From Candidatus Kaiserbacteria bacterium (GTDB taxonomy: Bacteria; Patescibacteriota; Minisyncoccia; Phycocordibacterales; UBA2100), in contig JACRFJ010000010.1 of the NCBI GenBank assembly GCA_016217935.1, positions 1-60,095 of the forward strand: a DNA stretch of 60,095 bases, written 5' to 3'. Positions 51,543 to 60,095 of this stretch are shown here, piece after piece; within the stretch, counting starts at the first letter, position 1; every line of letters starts with the position of its first letter. The position numbers were made by a program, and so were the translations under genes. The notes under the pieces were generated by a model. The model made no database searches. It was given only the letters and a program-made list of their open reading frames with translations, and was not told where the DNA came from.

Positions 51543-51563
51543 ACGGGTATTGTAGCCTCTCTG

Positions 51564-51635
51564 TGCTCCCGGAGGGATTCGAACCCCCAAGAGCAGTTCC
51601 GAAGACTGCCGTGATATCCGTTTCACCACGGGAGC
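51564..51635 (-). tRNA. tRNA-Arg (anticodon UCG)
   Basis: Hand-folded as GCUCCCG/CGGGAGC acceptor, anticodon arm GCAGU-CUUCGGA-ACUGC, and T-loop UUCGAAU. 72 nt, no encoded CCA. Confidence 0.85.
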
Positions 51636-51801
51636 GTTGGTGCATGATACATCTTTTTTCGTTCGATGCGATTTTTTGTGCGCGCGTCAAAGTACGTCGA
51701 CATACGAAGTAAGCAGATTCTCTCCTCTGCGAGCGTTTTTCTGCAGATAAGTGTTAAGAAAACGTAACATTTCGACATTGCAAAATCTGTATCCATGCGC
51801 A

Positions 51802-52203
51802 CTATGCGTGGAACCAAAGAATATTTTCTATGGATGCACTCTCTCTTGCACCCGGGAAAAACCGCACGAGCGGCCACTCCCCTGCGCCTTCGTACTGCTG
51901 CACCAGCATCGGCAAGATGGTCGCGAGATCTCGCTCGCGCGAATTGATGTCGTCGCGCTGTTTGAGGAGAAGGCGTTTCAAAATCTCGGGTGATTCCGGC
52001 GCGAAGACTGCTTTCTTGTCTGCTTCATGCGTGCTGATCAGGCCCCTTTTCATAAGCGATTCGAGCTGCACATAGGTGGTGGAACGATTCACCTTGGCGT
52101 GTTTGGCGAGCTTTTCAGCCGTGGTTTGCCCCAGTTCGAGTGAGGCGAGGTATACGCGTGCCTCTTTCTCGGAGAGCCCAATGTCCTGCAACTCTTTCAA
52201 CAT
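51802..52203 (-). CDS. TrmB-family HTH transcriptional regulator, N-terminal domain only (possibly truncated)
   Basis: Carries LSEKEARVYLASLELGQTTAEKLAKHAKVNRSTTYVQLESLMKRGLI. The product is 133 aa and is followed by about 165 nt of non-coding sequence. Confidence 0.7.
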   Translation of the reverse strand: MLKELQDIGLSEKEARVYLASLELGQTTAEKLAKHAKVNRSTTYVQLESLMKRGLISTHEADKKAVFAPESPEILKRLLLKQRDDINSRERDLATILPMLVQQYEGAGEWPLVRFFPGARESASIENILWFHA

Positions 52204-52308
52204 CCCGGCATTCTAACACGCAGCACTCTCGGCGCGATTGCGCTTGCTCAAAAGAATACGCGTTTAAATTTTTTTCGACCAAAGAGGTGAAGCTGTGGTC
52301 GATATCGT

Positions 52309-52336
52309 TTGATATACGCTCGCATGTCTGTATAAT
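52309..52336 (+). promoter_or_regulatory. promoter TTGATA-N16-TATAAT for tRNA-Gly(GCC)
   Basis: Both boxes are near-consensus. The tRNA 5' end (52347) lies 10 nt (52337-52346) after the -10. Confidence 0.6.
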
Positions 52337-52346
52337 CCTCGAGAAC

Positions 52347-52417
52347 GCGGGCATGGTTTAATGGTAGAACGCTACCTTGCCAAGGTAGAGATCGGAGTTC
52401 GATTCTCCGTACCCGCA
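52347..52417 (+). tRNA. tRNA-Gly (anticodon GCC)
   Basis: Hand-folded with acceptor GCGGGCA/UACCCGC (one mismatch), anticodon arm CUACC-UUGCCAA-GGUAG and T-arm CGGAG-UUCGAUU-CUCCG. 71 nt, no CCA. Confidence 0.85.
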
Positions 52418-52469
52418 CTAGGAACGAGTGAAAAGCGAAAATAAATTTTCGCGAGTGCTGAAGTATACG

Positions 52470-53414
52470 CTACTTCTTCGCAGGAGGAAGTTGGATCACG
52501 CTCGCAACGGCGGGGCTGTTGCGCAGTGCTGCGTAGAGACCCGCGGCAGCGATCACGACCAGCATGACCGGGATCCAGAAGGTACCGCGGCAGCTCGGGA
52601 GCAAGAACCAGAATCCGAGGAGAAGGACGAATGGGGTGAGGATTGCGGCGATTGGGATTGCAATGTGTCTGTCGCTGAGCGGTGGTTCTGCAAGTGCTAC
52701 AAACGCTGCGATAATAACGAAGATCGCAAGCAAGATAAACCACAGACGATACGCACCCTGGAGTGCGCACACCCCGCGGAGCGTGTCCTTTACGCCGCCG
52801 ACTACCGGGCTCGAGCTCGGACTACCCGAGTTCGACTTCCCTCCTCCCAAAGAGCCAGCACCTGTATTTCCCTTGCTCGGAGATGGCGTTGGAGCTGAAT
52901 TGGAACCGCCACCCGAAGAGGCACTACCTCCTGTCGGCACTCCACCTGAAGTGCCCGGTGTCGCACCGGATCCAGAAGGCATACCTGCGCCGGTCGCTCC
53001 GAAAGTGACGACCACGAGGCATGTCTTTTGCTGTACAGCCGAGAGAAGGGTTAGTGTCGCGGTACTCCCGCGCGCAACTGATTCCGTATCAACATGAATG
53101 CGAAGACCGCCGTTTGGGTCGACACGGCGCACCATATGGTTAAACGGGATTGAGGTATTACCAGCAGTACCGAGAACGGCCACATATGAGGGGTCGACGA
53201 TGGTGACATCGAAGGAATCCATCGTACCGTTGTACACGTATGCGGTCACCTCGCGAACCTGGAGCTCTGTGCACGTGCTCTGGCCTGGCGGTAGGATCTG
53301 ACGAGCCTGGACGTTGAACGATTCTGAGGCAAACGTAGGTGCAGGTGTGGCGATTACGGAAAAAGAGAAGAGGCCCACGAGAGCGAAACCTGCAAAATAT
53401 ACGGCGGGCTTCAT
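52470..53414 (-). CDS. hypothetical envelope protein: secreted beta domain + Gly/Ser-rich linker + C-terminal multi-TM anchor
   Basis: Has a signal peptide (MKPAVYFAGFALVGLFSFSVIA), a roughly 70-aa G/S/P/T linker and 3-4 C-terminal TM helices. Confidence 0.7.
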   Translation of the reverse strand: MKPAVYFAGFALVGLFSFSVIATPAPTFASESFNVQARQILPPGQSTCTELQVREVTAYVYNGTMDSFDVTIVDPSYVAVLGTAGNTSIPFNHMVRRVDPNGGLRIHVDTESVARGSTATLTLLSAVQQKTCLVVVTFGATGAGMPSGSGATPGTSGGVPTGGSASSGGGSNSAPTPSPSKGNTGAGSLGGGKSNSGSPSSSPVVGGVKDTLRGVCALQGAYRLWFILLAIFVIIAAFVALAEPPLSDRHIAIPIAAILTPFVLLLGFWFLLPSCRGTFWIPVMLVVIAAAGLYAALRNSPAVASVIQLPPAKK

Positions 53415-53800
53415 ATAATCCTTACGATGCCGACACCGTAGTACCTGAAAACGCTTGCGTCAAGCAAATATGCATGTTGTAACATAGATCCGATGAGCTT
53501 GCGGCAGCAAGTTGCGTTTCAAGGACATTTCTTTCTGCACATTTCGAATTGCGAAAGATAAACGGACGAAACGAGATTTCAAAAGTCGAAAATATGACGA
53601 AACTGGGGAAAACTATGGGGATATGTGGATAACGGACACGCATATCACTGTCTAATAGAGGTCCATGAATACACGAATTATCCTTATTGTGAGCCGTATT
53701 ATTTGAAAGACGTAAAGGACAATCCGAGGGGCGGATTATGAAGATTCTGAATGTTTCTTAAGTAACACATTGGCGTGCATTTCACGTGAAAGGCTTCATA

Positions 53801-54211
53801 ATGTTCCTTATGGAGAAATTTTCGAAGAGACGACGCCTCGGAAATGTCGGGGAGGAAATTGCGTGTGAATTTCTGATACGGAAGGGTTTTAAGCTGCTTG
53901 AGCGAAACTATCTGCGTCCGTGGGGTGAGATCGATATTATCGCCTTTGGAGTCGGGATAGTGAGGTTTATAGAGGTCAAATCGGTTTCCGGCCATCTGAG
54001 CAAGGACTTTTCACGTGAAAAGTCCTACTTGCCTGAAGAGATGGTACACGTGAAAAAGCTCAAAAAGCTTGCTCGAACCGCGACCCTATATATGGAAGAA
54101 AAGAAAGACCCACGTCCGTACCAAATTGACGTGATTGGGGTTATCATAGACGCTGAAAAGAGGGCAGCCAGATGTCGTTTTTTCGAGCAGGTACTCGACG
54201 ACATCATATAA
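53801..54211 (+). CDS. YraN-family (UPF0102) endonuclease-like protein
   Basis: Carries GEEIACEFLIRKGFKLLERNYLRPWGEIDIIA and FIEVKS. The start is uncertain: GTG 53786, ATG 53801 or ATG 53810. Confidence 0.8.
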   Translation: MFLMEKFSKRRRLGNVGEEIACEFLIRKGFKLLERNYLRPWGEIDIIAFGVGIVRFIEVKSVSGHLSKDFSREKSYLPEEMVHVKKLKKLARTATLYMEEKKDPRPYQIDVIGVIIDAEKRAARCRFFEQVLDDII

Positions 54212-54278
54212 AGGACAGGCTATGTCCTATAAAATGTCCTTTAGAATCTATGTTAGTATACCCCGTTAGTAGATCATC

Positions 54279-54349
54279 CGGGCTGTCGTATACCGGTAGT
54301 ACGCGTGCTTTGGGAGCACGTAGACTGGGTTCAATTCCCAGCAGCCCGA
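54279..54349 (+). tRNA. tRNA-Pro (anticodon UGG)
   Basis: Hand-folded with acceptor CGGGCUG/CAGCCCG, anticodon arm CGUGC-UUUGGGA-GCACG and T-arm CUGGG-UUCAAUU-CCCAG. 71 nt, no CCA. Confidence 0.85.
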
Positions 54350-54353
54350 AAAA

Positions 54354-55517
54354 TTAGTGGATTATCTGTTTAAGAAGCACTCCTATGAGGTAAGGAGCTT
54401 GATCTTTTGTGAAATCAAAGGTCTGCGCGCTCGGGTCACCCCGCAGCGTCAGGTCGAGATCAAAACCACTCTGTGCGAGCAGGTCTGCACTTATATAACT
54501 GAGTGTGATCGCACGAAGATCGCGTTCAGCGGTGGTCGCTCCCAGACTGGTGGTCGTGATGATGCCAATGAGCCTGTCCCACGCGTTTACGACGCCGCCT
54601 CCTGATGAGCCGCTTTGTGCTCCGATAACGCCGCCCACCGAAATGAGATCGACGGTCGGGCCAGTTATGGTGAGAAGCTGCTTTATAGAAGTCACTGACG
54701 TAGCCGAATACAGATTGTCGTATGTTGCGTACCCGCCGAGGAATTCTGCAGGGTAGCTTGCGACGAGAACATCATCGCCCACGAAACCGATAGTCTCTCT
54801 CGCATCTGGCTGCAGATACGGAAATGAAGAGGGCAATGGCGTGCCATCAAGACTGCTCGCAATGTGAATGAGGGCGTAATCGTGCTCGCCTGTACCGAGT
54901 GGATGCGACGCCAGGATGTCTTTCGCATGTGCTTCAACCCAAGCCTTGGGGAGATACATGACTCGGGGTGCGTAGCGCGCTTTGGCAGGGGAACCCACGC
55001 GTAACTCGCAGCGGAGATCTACCTGCGCTGCTTCGGAGAGGAGTACATACTGAGCCACGTGCGCATTGGTAAGCACGACACCTCTCGGGTCGATGATCAC
55101 GCCGCTCGCAGAAATTGGATGCAAGGAGCCGCCGGTGCGAGGAACGCAGAGGATGTTGACGAGGGCGGCACGCGCATGGTCATTAATCGTCGTGAAAGGA
55201 AGTGGGGGAGTTGTGTATGGTTTTTCGACTCGCCTCACTTCGGTAGAAGTCGCGGACTCAGGTTTCATGGCTTTTTTAGTGGATTTTTGAGGACTCTTTG
55301 TCTCACCTGCGATGGCGTCGGTTGTAGTCGTCACAACAACCTCAGTCGACGACGTGGCGGTATCTGTACTTGCCCCTGATGCGACTTGTGATGTGGATAC
55401 GCCGATCAACGTCGAATGGGGCTCAATATTGGCAAGCCTCGTAAATGCAATAAATGCGCCGATCAGAAAAATGAGGAGTCCAATCTGGATTATGAGGAAG
55501 CGCTTTTTTGGAACCAT
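54354..55517 (-). CDS. membrane-anchored trypsin-like (S1) serine protease
   Basis: Has a TM helix (FLIIQIGLLIFLIGAFIAF) and the catalytic triad contexts TNAHV, DYALIHI and GSSGGGV. The ATG at 55517 lies 2 nt after the tRNA-Gly(UCC) 3' end. Confidence 0.85.
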   Translation of the reverse strand: MVPKKRFLIIQIGLLIFLIGAFIAFTRLANIEPHSTLIGVSTSQVASGASTDTATSSTEVVVTTTTDAIAGETKSPQKSTKKAMKPESATSTEVRRVEKPYTTPPLPFTTINDHARAALVNILCVPRTGGSLHPISASGVIIDPRGVVLTNAHVAQYVLLSEAAQVDLRCELRVGSPAKARYAPRVMYLPKAWVEAHAKDILASHPLGTGEHDYALIHIASSLDGTPLPSSFPYLQPDARETIGFVGDDVLVASYPAEFLGGYATYDNLYSATSVTSIKQLLTITGPTVDLISVGGVIGAQSGSSGGGVVNAWDRLIGIITTTSLGATTAERDLRAITLSYISADLLAQSGFDLDLTLRGDPSAQTFDFTKDQAPYLIGVLLKQIIH

Positions 55518-55518
55518 G

Positions 55519-55589
55519 TGCGGGATGGGAGAATCGAACTCCCGACCCAAGTTTGGAAAACTCGTGTTTTACCACTAAACTAATCCCGC
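55519..55589 (-). tRNA. tRNA-Gly (anticodon UCC)
   Basis: Hand-folded with acceptor GCGGGAU/AUCCCGC, anticodon arm CGAGU-UUUCCAA-ACUUG and T-arm GGGAG-UUCGAUU-CUCCC. 71 nt, no CCA. Confidence 0.88.
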
Positions 55590-55674
55590 CTTCGCGCGCT
55601 TCGCGAGCTACGGCGGGCAGGCCCGCATCTCGCGACACGAATACTTGTGTACATTACATGGAAATCTCTTCCAA

Positions 55675-55708
55675 CACAAAAACCCCTGAGCTCAGGGGTT
55701 TTTGTGTT
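55675..55708. terminator. 34-bp perfect palindrome ACACAAAAACCCCTGAG|CTCAGGGGTTTTTGTGT (bidirectional terminator after hup)
   Basis: GC core stem with A/T runs on both sides. It lies 17 nt after the HU stop. Confidence 0.75.
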
Positions 55709-55724
55709 CTCGAGAAACAGAAAA

Positions 55725-56000
55725 CTATTTGACTGCGTCTTTCAAAGTTTTCGACGCGCGGAATTTCGGTACCCGCATCGCTTTGATCTGTATCGTCTGG
55801 CCCGTGCGCGGGTTTCTACCCGTGCGTCCAGCACGCATCTTCGCCTCGAAAATACCGAGACCCGCAATCGACACCTCGTCGCCCTTTTTCAGGTGCTCAG
55901 TAATCCCAGAGATAATCGATTCGACGGCGCGCTCCGCGTCCGCCTTGGTGCAACCGATCGTGTTGTGTACGCGATCGATCAAATCTGTTTTATTTGCCAT
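55725..56000 (-). CDS. hup: HU-family DNA-binding protein
   Basis: Carries MANKTDLIDRV...ISGITEHLKKGDEVSIAGLGIFE...RTGRNPRTGQTIQIKA. Confidence 0.92.
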   Translation of the reverse strand: MANKTDLIDRVHNTIGCTKADAERAVESIISGITEHLKKGDEVSIAGLGIFEAKMRAGRTGRNPRTGQTIQIKAMRVPKFRASKTLKDAVK

Positions 56001-56176
56001 GCGCAATTCTTAGAGTGATTAAAATGGGCTAAACCCTTGCTGAATTCGACCCGTCCAACCATTTTGAGCCGTATTTTCGGCCTGTCAATCTAGTAGGAAA
56101 CGATGCTATCCACAGGCGCAAAAGCAGATGGAGGACGCACCCGTCCTCCATCGTTAATTTCTCGCGTGCCTTTCGT

Positions 56177-56704
56177 TCAATGCAGCGCGATCAGCACTGG
56201 ATCAAAGCAATCAAAGCGCATCGTCGTCCACGCACCTACCGCGTGGCTTCCGAGTATCGCTGTATCTTCGGATGTCTGACACGTTTCAATGAGCGGCAAC
56301 CCAATCTTGGAGAACGCCTTGGATAGCGCTTCCGCGCATTCAAGCGGACAGGTATCCCGGCCAATGCCCGCGGAGAGGACACCTTCTGAGCATGTAGCTA
56401 CGACGAAAAACGAAGGGAACATCAGCGCGTTTCTCGCATCGCACCGTACCGTGATATTGCCCCACAATCCCGCAATACCAATGAGGGCTCTCGCATTCAT
56501 CCGCCCGATGTCGGCGCTCACTCGTACCTGATGGAAAAGAGGCTCGATGCCCTCGACCTCTTCGATCATCGCACCATCACTCATAGTAATTTTCGGCTCA
56601 CACCGGGATCCGAAAGCAGTCTTGCACCGCACTATGCGCTGAGACATAACCTCGAACACGGCGGTATTGAGCGTCCGCAGGGCGATGTGGAACTCTTCGC
56701 TCAT
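56177..56704 (-). CDS. hypothetical cytoplasmic Cys-rich protein (175 aa)
   Basis: A GAGG sits 7 nt before ATG 56704. No TM helix and no motif I can name. Confidence 0.55.
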   Translation of the reverse strand: MSEEFHIALRTLNTAVFEVMSQRIVRCKTAFGSRCEPKITMSDGAMIEEVEGIEPLFHQVRVSADIGRMNARALIGIAGLWGNITVRCDARNALMFPSFFVVATCSEGVLSAGIGRDTCPLECAEALSKAFSKIGLPLIETCQTSEDTAILGSHAVGAWTTMRFDCFDPVLIALH

Positions 56705-56814
56705 GGCGTTTCCTCTCTTAGCTAGTACTTAGCGTATGCGGAACCATACACTTGTCAATTTTATCTGAGTACACCCCGTTAGACAGCTGCGCTTCTCGCG
56801 CGACAAACGATCGA

Positions 56815-58344
56815 TCATTTCGCGTACTCGATGACACGGGTTTCGCGGATCACCGAGACTTTGATTTCGCCAGGGTACTGCAATTCTTTTTCGATTTGAT
56901 CGGCGATGGTGCGTGCGAGTTTGCGCGCGGTCAGATCATCAATATCTTCCGGCTTCACGATGACACGGATCTCGCGACCCGCTGCGATCGCGTAGCTCTT
57001 CTCGACACCGGGTTGATTGTTGGCAATCGCTTCGAGCTCTTCGAGACGCTTGATGTAATTTTCTACTGAATCGCGGCGCGCGCCCGGGCGACCGCCTGAA
57101 ATGGCGTCGGCCACCTGCACGATCATGCTCTCCGGAGTTTCGTACGGGTACTCTTCGTGATGCGCCTGCATCGCTTTGACGACGGCTTCGTCGACACCGA
57201 ATTTTTGCAAAATTCTGCGACCGATTTCGACATGCGTACCAGGGACCTCGTGATCGACTGCTTTGCCAATGTCGTGGAAGAGCGCACCGGCGCGCGCGAC
57301 GGCTGCGTCGGCCCCCAATTCTTCGGCGAGCATGCCGGCAAGGTGGGCGACTTCGACTGAATGGTCGAGGACGTTTTGGCCATAGCTGGTGCGGAAGTAG
57401 AGGCGTCCCAAAATCATGATGAGTTTCGGATCGAGGTTCGGCACCTTTGCTTCGTACGCCGCTTCGGCACCCTTTTTCTTGATGATATTGGTGATTTCAG
57501 CTTCCGCTTTTTGCACTGCCTCCTCAATTTTTGCCGGTTGGATGCGACCATCGAGGATCAAATTCTCGAGCGCGATGCGTGCGATCTGGCGGCGGATCGG
57601 ATCGTACGAAGAAAGTGTGAGTGTACCCGGCGTGTCGTCGATGATCACATCGACGCCGGTTGCGCGCTCGAATGAGCGGATGTTGCGACCTTCTTTACCG
57701 ATGATTTTGCCTTTGATTTCGTCGTTGGGGAGTGTGATCGTGGTCGCGAGCACGTCGGAGACGACCGAATTGCCGAGCCGGTGCACCGCTGTTGTGAGGA
57801 TTTCGCGCGCGCGCTGCTCAAGTTTCTGATCACTCGCGATTTCGAGCTTGCGCATGCGGCCTTCGAGGTCGGTCTCGTACTGTTTCTCAACCGATTTCAT
57901 TAATTCGTTCTTTGCTTCTTCTGCGGTGAGGTTCGCAATCTTCTCTAGCTTCTCCTGTTGTGCACGCGCGGCTGATTCGAGTTCTTCGCGCGTCTTCTGA
58001 ATCTCTTCATTTTTCCTGTTGATCGACTCTTGCTCGTGATCGAGGTTGGTCTGACGCGTGTCGAGGTGCTCTTCTTTGCGCACCAATCGCTCTTCGGTCC
58101 CTTTCAAATCGCGTTCACGTTCCTTATACTCGCTCGAGAGTTCTCGCACTTTTTCTTCGGCACGCTTTTCGCCTTCGGCGATGATCCCTTTCGCCTTTTC
58201 TTCCGCGTCGAGCATCATCTGGCGGATCTCGAGCTCCATCGAGCCGCGCTTGCCCAAGCTGATGATGAGACGGAGAAAATAGCCGACTGCAATGCCGATG
58301 AGGCCCGAGAGGGCCAGGAGCATAAGTATGAGTTTTAATGACAT
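56815..58344 (-). CDS. rny: ribonuclease Y
   Basis: Has an N-terminal TM helix, a coiled coil, a KH domain (GKIIGKEGRNIRSFE) and an HD domain (ALFHDIGKAV). A GGAAG sits 6 nt before ATG 58344. Confidence 0.93.
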   Translation of the reverse strand: MSLKLILMLLALSGLIGIAVGYFLRLIISLGKRGSMELEIRQMMLDAEEKAKGIIAEGEKRAEEKVRELSSEYKERERDLKGTEERLVRKEEHLDTRQTNLDHEQESINRKNEEIQKTREELESAARAQQEKLEKIANLTAEEAKNELMKSVEKQYETDLEGRMRKLEIASDQKLEQRAREILTTAVHRLGNSVVSDVLATTITLPNDEIKGKIIGKEGRNIRSFERATGVDVIIDDTPGTLTLSSYDPIRRQIARIALENLILDGRIQPAKIEEAVQKAEAEITNIIKKKGAEAAYEAKVPNLDPKLIMILGRLYFRTSYGQNVLDHSVEVAHLAGMLAEELGADAAVARAGALFHDIGKAVDHEVPGTHVEIGRRILQKFGVDEAVVKAMQAHHEEYPYETPESMIVQVADAISGGRPGARRDSVENYIKRLEELEAIANNQPGVEKSYAIAAGREIRVIVKPEDIDDLTARKLARTIADQIEKELQYPGEIKVSVIRETRVIEYAK

Positions 58345-58563
58345 ACGCGTCTTCCAGACGCGCACCGCTATGAGAGGTACTGGCTAGAAAATGGCTTAAA
58401 TTCTACATTTCTTACAAGTTCCGGACGCATAGATTGATGCGCGTTGTTTGTTGAAATCATAAATACTAAGGTGTACTGGCAATATATCACGAACTAGAAA
58501 ATAGTGAATAGTTAGTAGAAAGTAGTCAAAAGCACGGGATGCGACCTCGCGGTTCACTACTAA

Positions 58564-59157
58564 CTAGCTCAATACTTTGTCAATAATGCCGTATTCGACA
58601 GATTCTGCCGCATCCATGAAGAAGTCGCGGTCCACATCGCGTTCGATTTTGTCGAGTTTCTGTCCGGTATTTTTTGCAAGAATCTTGTTGAGCCTGCCGC
58701 GGAGTTTCAAAATCTGTTTTGCGGTGATCTCGATGTCCGCTGCCATGCCTTCTGCGCCGCCGGATGGCTGGTGGATCATCACTTCCGCATTGGGGAGCGC
58801 GAATCGTTTGCCTTTTTCTCCGGCGGAGAGCAGCACGGCTCCCATCGATGCCGCCATGCCGACGCAGACAGTTGAAACTGCTGGTTGGATATGATTCATC
58901 GTGTCGAGAATCGCAAGGCCGGCCGAGACCATGCCGCCGGGGGAGTTGATGTAGAAGGAAATATCTTTTTTCGGATCCTCCGACGCGAGGAAAAGCAGCT
59001 GCGCGACCACGAGATTGGCGACGTCGTTGTCGATCGGACCGCCCAGGAAGACGATACGTTCTTTCAAGAGGCGCGAGTAGATGTCGTAGGCGCGTTCGCC
59101 CATCGAGGTTTTTTCGATCACCATCGGCACCAGCATCTGCGATTTAGTAGTTTGCAT
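58564..59157 (-). CDS. clpP: ATP-dependent Clp protease proteolytic subunit
   Basis: Carries [11 protein letters not shown], catalytic [15 protein letters not shown] and DRDFFM. The start is ambiguous: TTG 59163, ATG 59157 or ATG 59136. Confidence 0.93.
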   Translation of the reverse strand: MQTTKSQMLVPMVIEKTSMGERAYDIYSRLLKERIVFLGGPIDNDVANLVVAQLLFLASEDPKKDISFYINSPGGMVSAGLAILDTMNHIQPAVSTVCVGMAASMGAVLLSAGEKGKRFALPNAEVMIHQPSGGAEGMAADIEITAKQILKLRGRLNKILAKNTGQKLDKIERDVDRDFFMDAAESVEYGIIDKVLS

Positions 59158-59219
59158 ATACAAGAGAGTCTACAGAAAGAGAGGATCTCACGCAAATTCT
59201 CCGCAGCCGGCGAAGAAAA

Positions 59220-60095
59220 TTAGTGATCGTGAGTTGCTTGTTCTGAGTCGCTCGAATGGGTGTCGCCCTCGAGGAATCGGAGCGTGGCTTCGTTGCGCAT
59301 GGCGTGCAGGATATGGGCGCGAAGCGCACCTTCGTCGGCGGAAGGGTAGTGCTCCTTGGCATGCGAAATCTCATGTTCAAGTGCTTTTGCATCGGGCTCG
59401 ATTTTTTCTTGCCGCGCGATTTCGCTGAGGATGAGGCGCACTTTTGCGCGCTTGTCGGCAGCATCTTTCCACGTCGCGCGCAATTCTTCTTTCGATTTTT
59501 TGATCTGCGCAAGGTAGCCTTCCATCGTCGCGCCTGAGCGCGCGAGGTCGTCTGTCATTCGCGCCTCCATATCGTTCAGTTCATACTCACGCATCATTGC
59601 GGGATATTTGATCGAACTTTCTTTCACGAGATCGTCGAGGATTTCTGAACGGCGCTTTTCACGCGCACGGATTTCTTTTTCGTTTTTAATGTTGCTCCTC
59701 AGTGCGTCGGAAAATTTCTCCGCATTCTCATAGCCGAGCGACTGGACGAATGCATCGTCGAGCGCAGGGAGATCCTTTTCTTCCATCGCGCGGGCTTCTT
59801 CGGAAGCCTTTTGTGCCTCCGTACCAGCTTCGATCTTGTCGATGCGAGAGCGCTCGCGGCGCAAGTGTGCCATCGCCTCGGAGTGCTCTTTGTCTGACAC
59901 ATTGGTGTCCTCGGAAAGCGGGTGCTCTGCGGCGATTTTCTTGTAGTCGGGAAGTTTTACTTCAGGAGCAAGCGAGGCGCGAGCCACGATAGAGAGCGGT
60001 TTACCACTTTCGGGTGCGCCAGTCGTGACGCGGGGGGATTCGATAATGAGAAGCTTTTCTGCGGCGAGAAGCTCAGGCAATTCTGCTTGAATCGC
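59220..60095 (-). CDS. tig: trigger factor, C-terminal two-thirds (5' end outside the window), apparently lacking the PPIase domain
   Basis: The frame is open to the window edge. It has the end of the N-domain (KLPDYKKIAAEH), then only about 40 aa of Glu/Ala-rich linker, and then the C-domain start LPALDDAFVQSLGYENAEKF. Confidence 0.8.
   Translation of the reverse strand, partial: AIQAELPELLAAEKLLIIESPRVTTGAPESGKPLSIVARASLAPEVKLPDYKKIAAEHPLSEDTNVSDKEHSEAMAHLRRERSRIDKIEAGTEAQKASEEARAMEEKDLPALDDAFVQSLGYENAEKFSDALRSNIKNEKEIRAREKRRSEILDDLVKESSIKYPAMMREYELNDMEARMTDDLARSGATMEGYLAQIKKSKEELRATWKDAADKRAKVRLILSEIARQEKIEPDAKALEHEISHAKEHYPSADEGALRAHILHAMRNEATLRFLEGDTHSSDSEQATHDH

Noticed and set aside
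50958-51614. 218-aa plus-strand ORF, plus 50101-50646
   Set aside because: These are antisense shadows of cca.
49532-53638. 15-nt inverted repeat TGTCCGTTATCCACA as terminal inverted repeats of a 4.1-kb mobile element
   Set aside because: An exact 15-mer match somewhere in 60 kb is roughly expected by chance. Similarity does not extend beyond 15 nt. The enclosed genes are housekeeping (cca, tRNAs), and no transposase or target duplication is present. It is treated only as two DnaA-box-containing sites.

Overview
This is a compact, mostly coding chromosomal segment. Its gene content and style fit a Candidate Phyla Radiation / Patescibacteria (Parcubacteria-like) bacterium; that assignment is an inference. 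The code is standard, with TGA as stop and ATGA start/stop overlaps.

The window spans the replication-origin neighbourhood: dnaN<-dnaA | rpmH-rnpA-yidC-jag, with DnaA boxes and an AT-rich tract between dnaA and dnaN.

Left of the origin lie a partial secreted protein, a holA-like gene, polA, tsaE, an unknown secreted protein, an orphan PilB/GspE ATPase, ruvB, yebC, a small tail-anchored ORF, ruvC and a class A PBP.

Right of the origin is the main item: a 13.4-kb, tightly packed minus-strand operon (17132-30535) plus one divergent small gene. It encodes PrgI/VirB3-like, split VirB4-like, VirB6-like and VirB2-like proteins and about seven unassignable envelope or secreted proteins. A Y1 (HUH) transposase gene is embedded in it. 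No relaxase or coupling protein is in the window.

The rest is housekeeping:
- rsmA, uvrD/pcrA, a LysM-M23 peptidase, short purA, DUF202, comM, a DksA-like gene, pnp, NYN, rpsO and FKBP
- an orphan OmpR-like regulator, rarA, xerC/D, xth and cca
- four tRNAs (Arg-UCG, Gly-GCC, Pro-UGG, Gly-UCC), none encoding CCA
- a TrmB-like HTH, YraN, an S1 protease, HU, RNase Y, clpP and a partial trigger factor lacking its PPIase domain

No rRNA or CRISPR array is present.

Non-genic signals:
- three families of near-exact palindromic repeats, one of them a 30-bp double hairpin inserted in frame in pnp and rarA
- several unusually long non-coding islands with promoter-like boxes and dense hairpins
- -10 boxes placed 6-7 nt from start codons, suggesting leaderless mRNAs

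All calls come from reading the sequence and the ORF translations. No database search was run.
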